Source: Mytilus californianus (lineage: Eukaryota). From it: a DNA stretch of 64,000 nt. Location of the stretch: contig NW_026262669.1 of NCBI RefSeq assembly GCF_021869535.1, positions 4,650,001 through 4,714,000 of the forward strand. Reading direction: 5' to 3'. The notes under the pieces are model-generated. The model was not told the DNA's origin and did not search any database. It saw nothing but the letters and a program-made list of their open reading frames with translations. Position numbers and translations under genes: made by a program. Positions 63,150 through 64,000 of this stretch are shown one piece after another; position 1 is the stretch's first letter; the number at the start of each line of letters is the position of its first letter.

Positions 63150-63260
63150 ACAAGCCTGTAGTTTCAAGATCAAATACTATAATTGGAAAGTTTTCCTCAG
63201 CTGTTATCTGTTTCCAAGTTGGAATTTCTTCTAGTTGGTCAGTTATATCATCCTCAATGT
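63150..63260 (-). CDS. DEDDh exonuclease upstream exon carrying Exo I; earlier exons not located
   Basis: ttttgtag acceptor; IEDDITDQLEEIPTWKQITAEENFPIIVFDLETTGL; T|gtatgt donor, phase 1 joins CT of the next exon in frame (DLETTGL-S-RQSD). Confidence 0.88.
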
Positions 63261-63279
63261 CTACAAAATAGTATTAGTT

Positions 63280-63410
63280 ACACAGTGTGTAATTGTCCTA
63301 ATACAAGAATTTATCAGGTGAATAAAATTCATATTCATTGAGGCAAAGCAAAACCCGATATGAATTTTATTCACAAAATAAATTCCATATTAGGACAATT
63401 GCACATGTGT
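63280..63410. mobile_element. Small fold-back element
   Basis: Outer IR aattgtcctaata/tattaggacaatt; perfect inner 17-bp IR gtgaataaaattcatat (63318-63334)/atatgaattttattcac (63358-63374). Confidence 0.7.
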
Positions 63411-64000
63411 AAAGAATTTCTCCTGATTTTTTTATATTACATATTATTATATTCATATTCAATTATTTGGACAATACCAACGAAATATATTTAGACATTT
63501 AATCTTAAATTTGAAAAATAAGTATTAGGAATTTAAAACCACTAATTTTTCTTGGTTTTTTTTTCATTATGTCAATGGCATAAGGGAGATAATTCCAATT
63601 TATGTAATAGAAAAGTGTACTGAAATTTATTAAACCAATATCAGGTAATCAAATTGCGAGAAATTACTCTATATCATGATAATTATTCTTGTTATTTGAT
63701 TATTGCTTTACATTTGGTTTATTTTTTTTAGTTAATTGTGCTAATGAGGATAATAGTTAAAGAAAGAGTTATTATATGTCATTTTGTAACTTGTGGAAAG
63801 TTGTCTCATTGGCAATTATAAACTGTTATATATTTGTTGCAAACAATGTTGTATTAGAATTATATTTGGCTTATAACCAGAAGCTTTGAGAAGTTTGCTA
63901 GGGCTTATTTGGATTAACTGTGACATGAATGAAAAAATTTGATTTAAAATATGTTGATAGGTAAGGCATGAGTTTCTTTTCAAAGGAAAAACTGAATGTG

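Overview
AT-rich, intron-containing eukaryotic DNA. The repeat families and protein fragments look like a bivalve mollusc, probably Mytilus-like (inference). Almost the whole window is transposon debris plus nested tandem duplication. (1) 1-5900: cluster of Naiad-type Penelope-like retroelements, including a 721-codon CxC+RT frame with five nonsense codons, an inverted pseudo-LTR and a strongly structured 3' RNA motif. (2) 8114-11384: decayed PIF/Harbinger transposon with 19-bp TIRs and CTG TSD. (3) 10648-22050: about 5.4-5.6 kb tandem duplication with a templated insertion at the junction; each copy carries a pseudo-LTR with a broken minimal hammerhead ribozyme. (4) 22093-26620: Gmr1-like Gypsy LTR element (protease then integrase, tRNA-Pro PBS, ACAT TSD) with no RT/RNase H. 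(5) About 20800-56757: three diverged 8-9 kb paralogous units with conserved exon-like segments, one part amplified into a six-copy 1.8-kb array (40962-51754). (6) 56758-64000: a Kolobok-like TTAA/GG terminus followed by the only intact coding sequence, two minus-strand exons of a DEDDh 3'-5' exonuclease with a PML-like C-terminus. All family assignments are from motif recognition by eye; no database searches were run.
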